Shown here: in pieces, positions 61,939 to 64,000 of the stretch
Numbering within the stretch: position 1 is the stretch's first letter
How the letters are laid out: every line of letters begins with the position of its first letter
DNA from: Tubiluchus corallicola
Taxonomy: Eukaryota > Animalia > Priapulida
Length of the DNA stretch: 64,000 bases
Assembly (NCBI GenBank): GCA_030141605.1
Contig: JAQGDQ010000051.1
Span: 1 to 64,000, forward strand
Reading direction: 5' to 3'
Notes under the pieces: model-generated
What the model saw: the letters and a program-made list of their open reading frames with translations, nothing else
Told to the model about the DNA's origin: nothing
Database searches by the model: none
Made by a program: the position numbers and the translations under genes

Positions 61939-62912
61939 ATTCAGAAATTCAGTTTAGTAAAAAAGACAACACAAATCTTGAGTGACAGGAGATCTCTTTC
62001 CTTACAAAGTAAACAGTCGGCGAAGGCAACGACACTTCTCAATTTCACTTGTTGCATCTATGTACATTCTGCAATGTAAAAAATAGTTAATGGTTTAATT
62101 TTAATGTGAATAGATAAAATTCCCAACTAATTCTGTACTTAAACTGTAATAGTATATAATTTTTAACTGTATTTGTAATGGCACGTCTCAAATGTATCAG
62201 TCATTTCAATCTAGATTGATGAAGTTACAAAATCACAATTAATTCATTTTTGTTAACAAAACTCAATAAACATGGAATCCAAAGTTCACCCCTTATAGCT
62301 AGTCAAATATTTAGCAGTTCCAATGTAATAGCACTCTTCACAAGGGATTCTAATTAGTGTTTGAGAATCAGGAAACGCTTTTCAAAGACATCTGTATAGA
62401 AAATTGTTACATATTAAATGACCTGAAGAAATATCCAATGATGATCTGTATGATTTGGTGAAGAATCCTTGGAGCAAACAAATACAAGCAAGAAGTTGCA
62501 TTGAATTGGGCAAGCACTAAGACTACTACAAGTCTCCTCTTCCTATAGCATTATGTAAGCTGAAAGAGGGTCAGCTACTGACATAATTGTATAGATATAC
62601 TGCAAAAATATTTAGCAAATACAACTCTAGACTTGGGGGATCATGAATCGTGGGCAGTGGCGGTGGTTAGGAATGCATCGCATCAACAGCTGGGACGTGC
62701 CATTTTTATAATATAGAAGCACCTAGACGAAGACGACGACAACGCCACTTCCAAGCGAATTTTGTACTATTGCAAGCAGCATAGGCCATTCAACAGTCAT
62801 CATCATATCGTCATACGCCCGTTATGTATATTGTATACACTTGGCAGGCAGTATTCTAAAATAAAGGAAAACAAGCAAACACAGCAGTAATCCAACAAAA
62901 AAGTTAGATGTT

Positions 62913-63593
62913 GGGAGCGGAGTAGGACACTAAGTGAAGTAGGACAATCGGCGTACATGGGCTAGCCCAAGTAGGACACTAGAGACAGGTCACGAATTGA
63001 GTTGTTAACCGTACTGGCAGTACCTGTTGTCCTTGTTTATTTAATAATAATAATTGAAAACGTCAATACACGCTAAATAATTCATTATACATCTGATTTT
63101 GGCTTCGATGTTAATCTTTTTGAAGTAAAATAAACCCACTTTTCAGGCGATTCCAACATTTGCTTAACATATATCATTTTTTATTTTGTCTCGCTTCACA
63201 GACAGGTGATCTGTTTCACTACCTCTTGGACAAATAATGTTTTCTACTAAGTAAACGAGCTAGCAAGCTATGTGCCCTACATAGTTTCTCTCTTTAAAGC
63301 ATTAGATACATAGTTTAATGTTATGATGATATTAATGGAGCTAATAATAATGATGATGATATTATTGTAAAAATGGTTGGTAGATTGTCAAGGACTATTC
63401 ATCATTATTATAAAGTTACTTTTTTCTAAAACAAATTTAGTTTCATGTTTTATTATATTAGAATTCTTGATTCTCGACAGAAATCGCCAGTGCCCTACTT
63501 GGCCTACCCATGTACGACACTCCTTTTCTGCAAATTTAGCACATGTGCTTCAGCGGAAGTGTCCTACTTTGGCTAGTGGTGTACTCTGCACCC
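62913..63593. mobile_element. MITE with long imperfect terminal/subterminal inverted repeats
   Basis: GGGAGCGGAGTAGGACACTAAGTGAAGTAGGACA...CGTACATGGGCTAGCCCAAGTAGGACACTAG on the left mirrors CCAGTGCCCTACTTGGCCTACCCATGTACG...GTGTCCTACTTTGGCTAGTGGTGTACTCTGCACCC on the right. Confidence 0.75.
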
Positions 63594-63639
63594 TATATAG
63601 CCACTGCTATGCCAGACTGTTTTTCTTCTTCTTCAAAAT

Positions 63640-64000
63640 TTCATTCCACCTATTGTAGGCACTGATGTATCAACATTTATCAGAGTATTCCACCCACTTC
63701 TATCTGCAACTAACAGCATAAGTTCTTCTAGTCCTTAAGATTTCGTTGAAATTGTTGAACATCTTTATTTATCTTAGCTGTCCAAGTTGTTTTAGGTTTG
63801 CCAGGTTTTTTTGCAAGGTTTTATTTAAAAGCTTCCTTTAAGGTGACTCTTACTAGTGCTTCATTTGGTAATCTTAGAAGATGTCCTAGTCATCTCAATC
63901 TTCGGATCTTGACTTTTGAACTCCAATAAATTTCTTTTGTTCTGGTGTATAAACCTCCATTTTTGATTATGAATTTGCTAAGAAGACTTCTAAGTTAAAA
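63640..64000 (-). mobile_element. Degraded RTE-like LINE 3' fragment
   Basis: Translation KIRRLR*LGHLLRLP....KKPGKPKTTW resembles the RRLRWxGHxxR...GRPxxxW end of RTE-type ORF2. Confidence 0.65.

Overview
AT-rich, intron-containing genomic DNA from an invertebrate animal; the Abox gene argues against a vertebrate or tunicate. Left to right: (1) the 5' half of an apparently intact BEL/Pao LTR retrotransposon (minus; gag-protease-start of RT ORF runs off the left edge), probably inside the intron after (2) the first coding exon of a receptor guanylyl cyclase/ANF-receptor-type gene (minus); (3) a near-complete SELENBP1/methanethiol oxidase gene (plus; 9 exons resolved, first exon uncertain); (4) a complete 4-exon Abox/ceh-19/CG34031-type homeobox gene with an eh1 motif (minus); (5) SUPT20H/Spt20 (minus, about 20 exons). 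Introns and spacers hold LINE remnants, hAT and other MITEs, a tRNA-derived SINE head, two minisatellites and many long microsatellites. The most unusual signals are an orphan, decayed SLC6 transporter exon inside Abox intron 1, a hairpin of splice-donor motifs resembling recursive splice points in the same intron, a 40/37-bp minisatellite with 234-bp higher-order structure, a required GAG splice acceptor in SELENBP1, and a Penelope-like inverted repeat around a degenerate hammerhead core. I cannot support a claim of a wholly new biological system. All calls come from manual reading and recalled family motifs, with no database searches.
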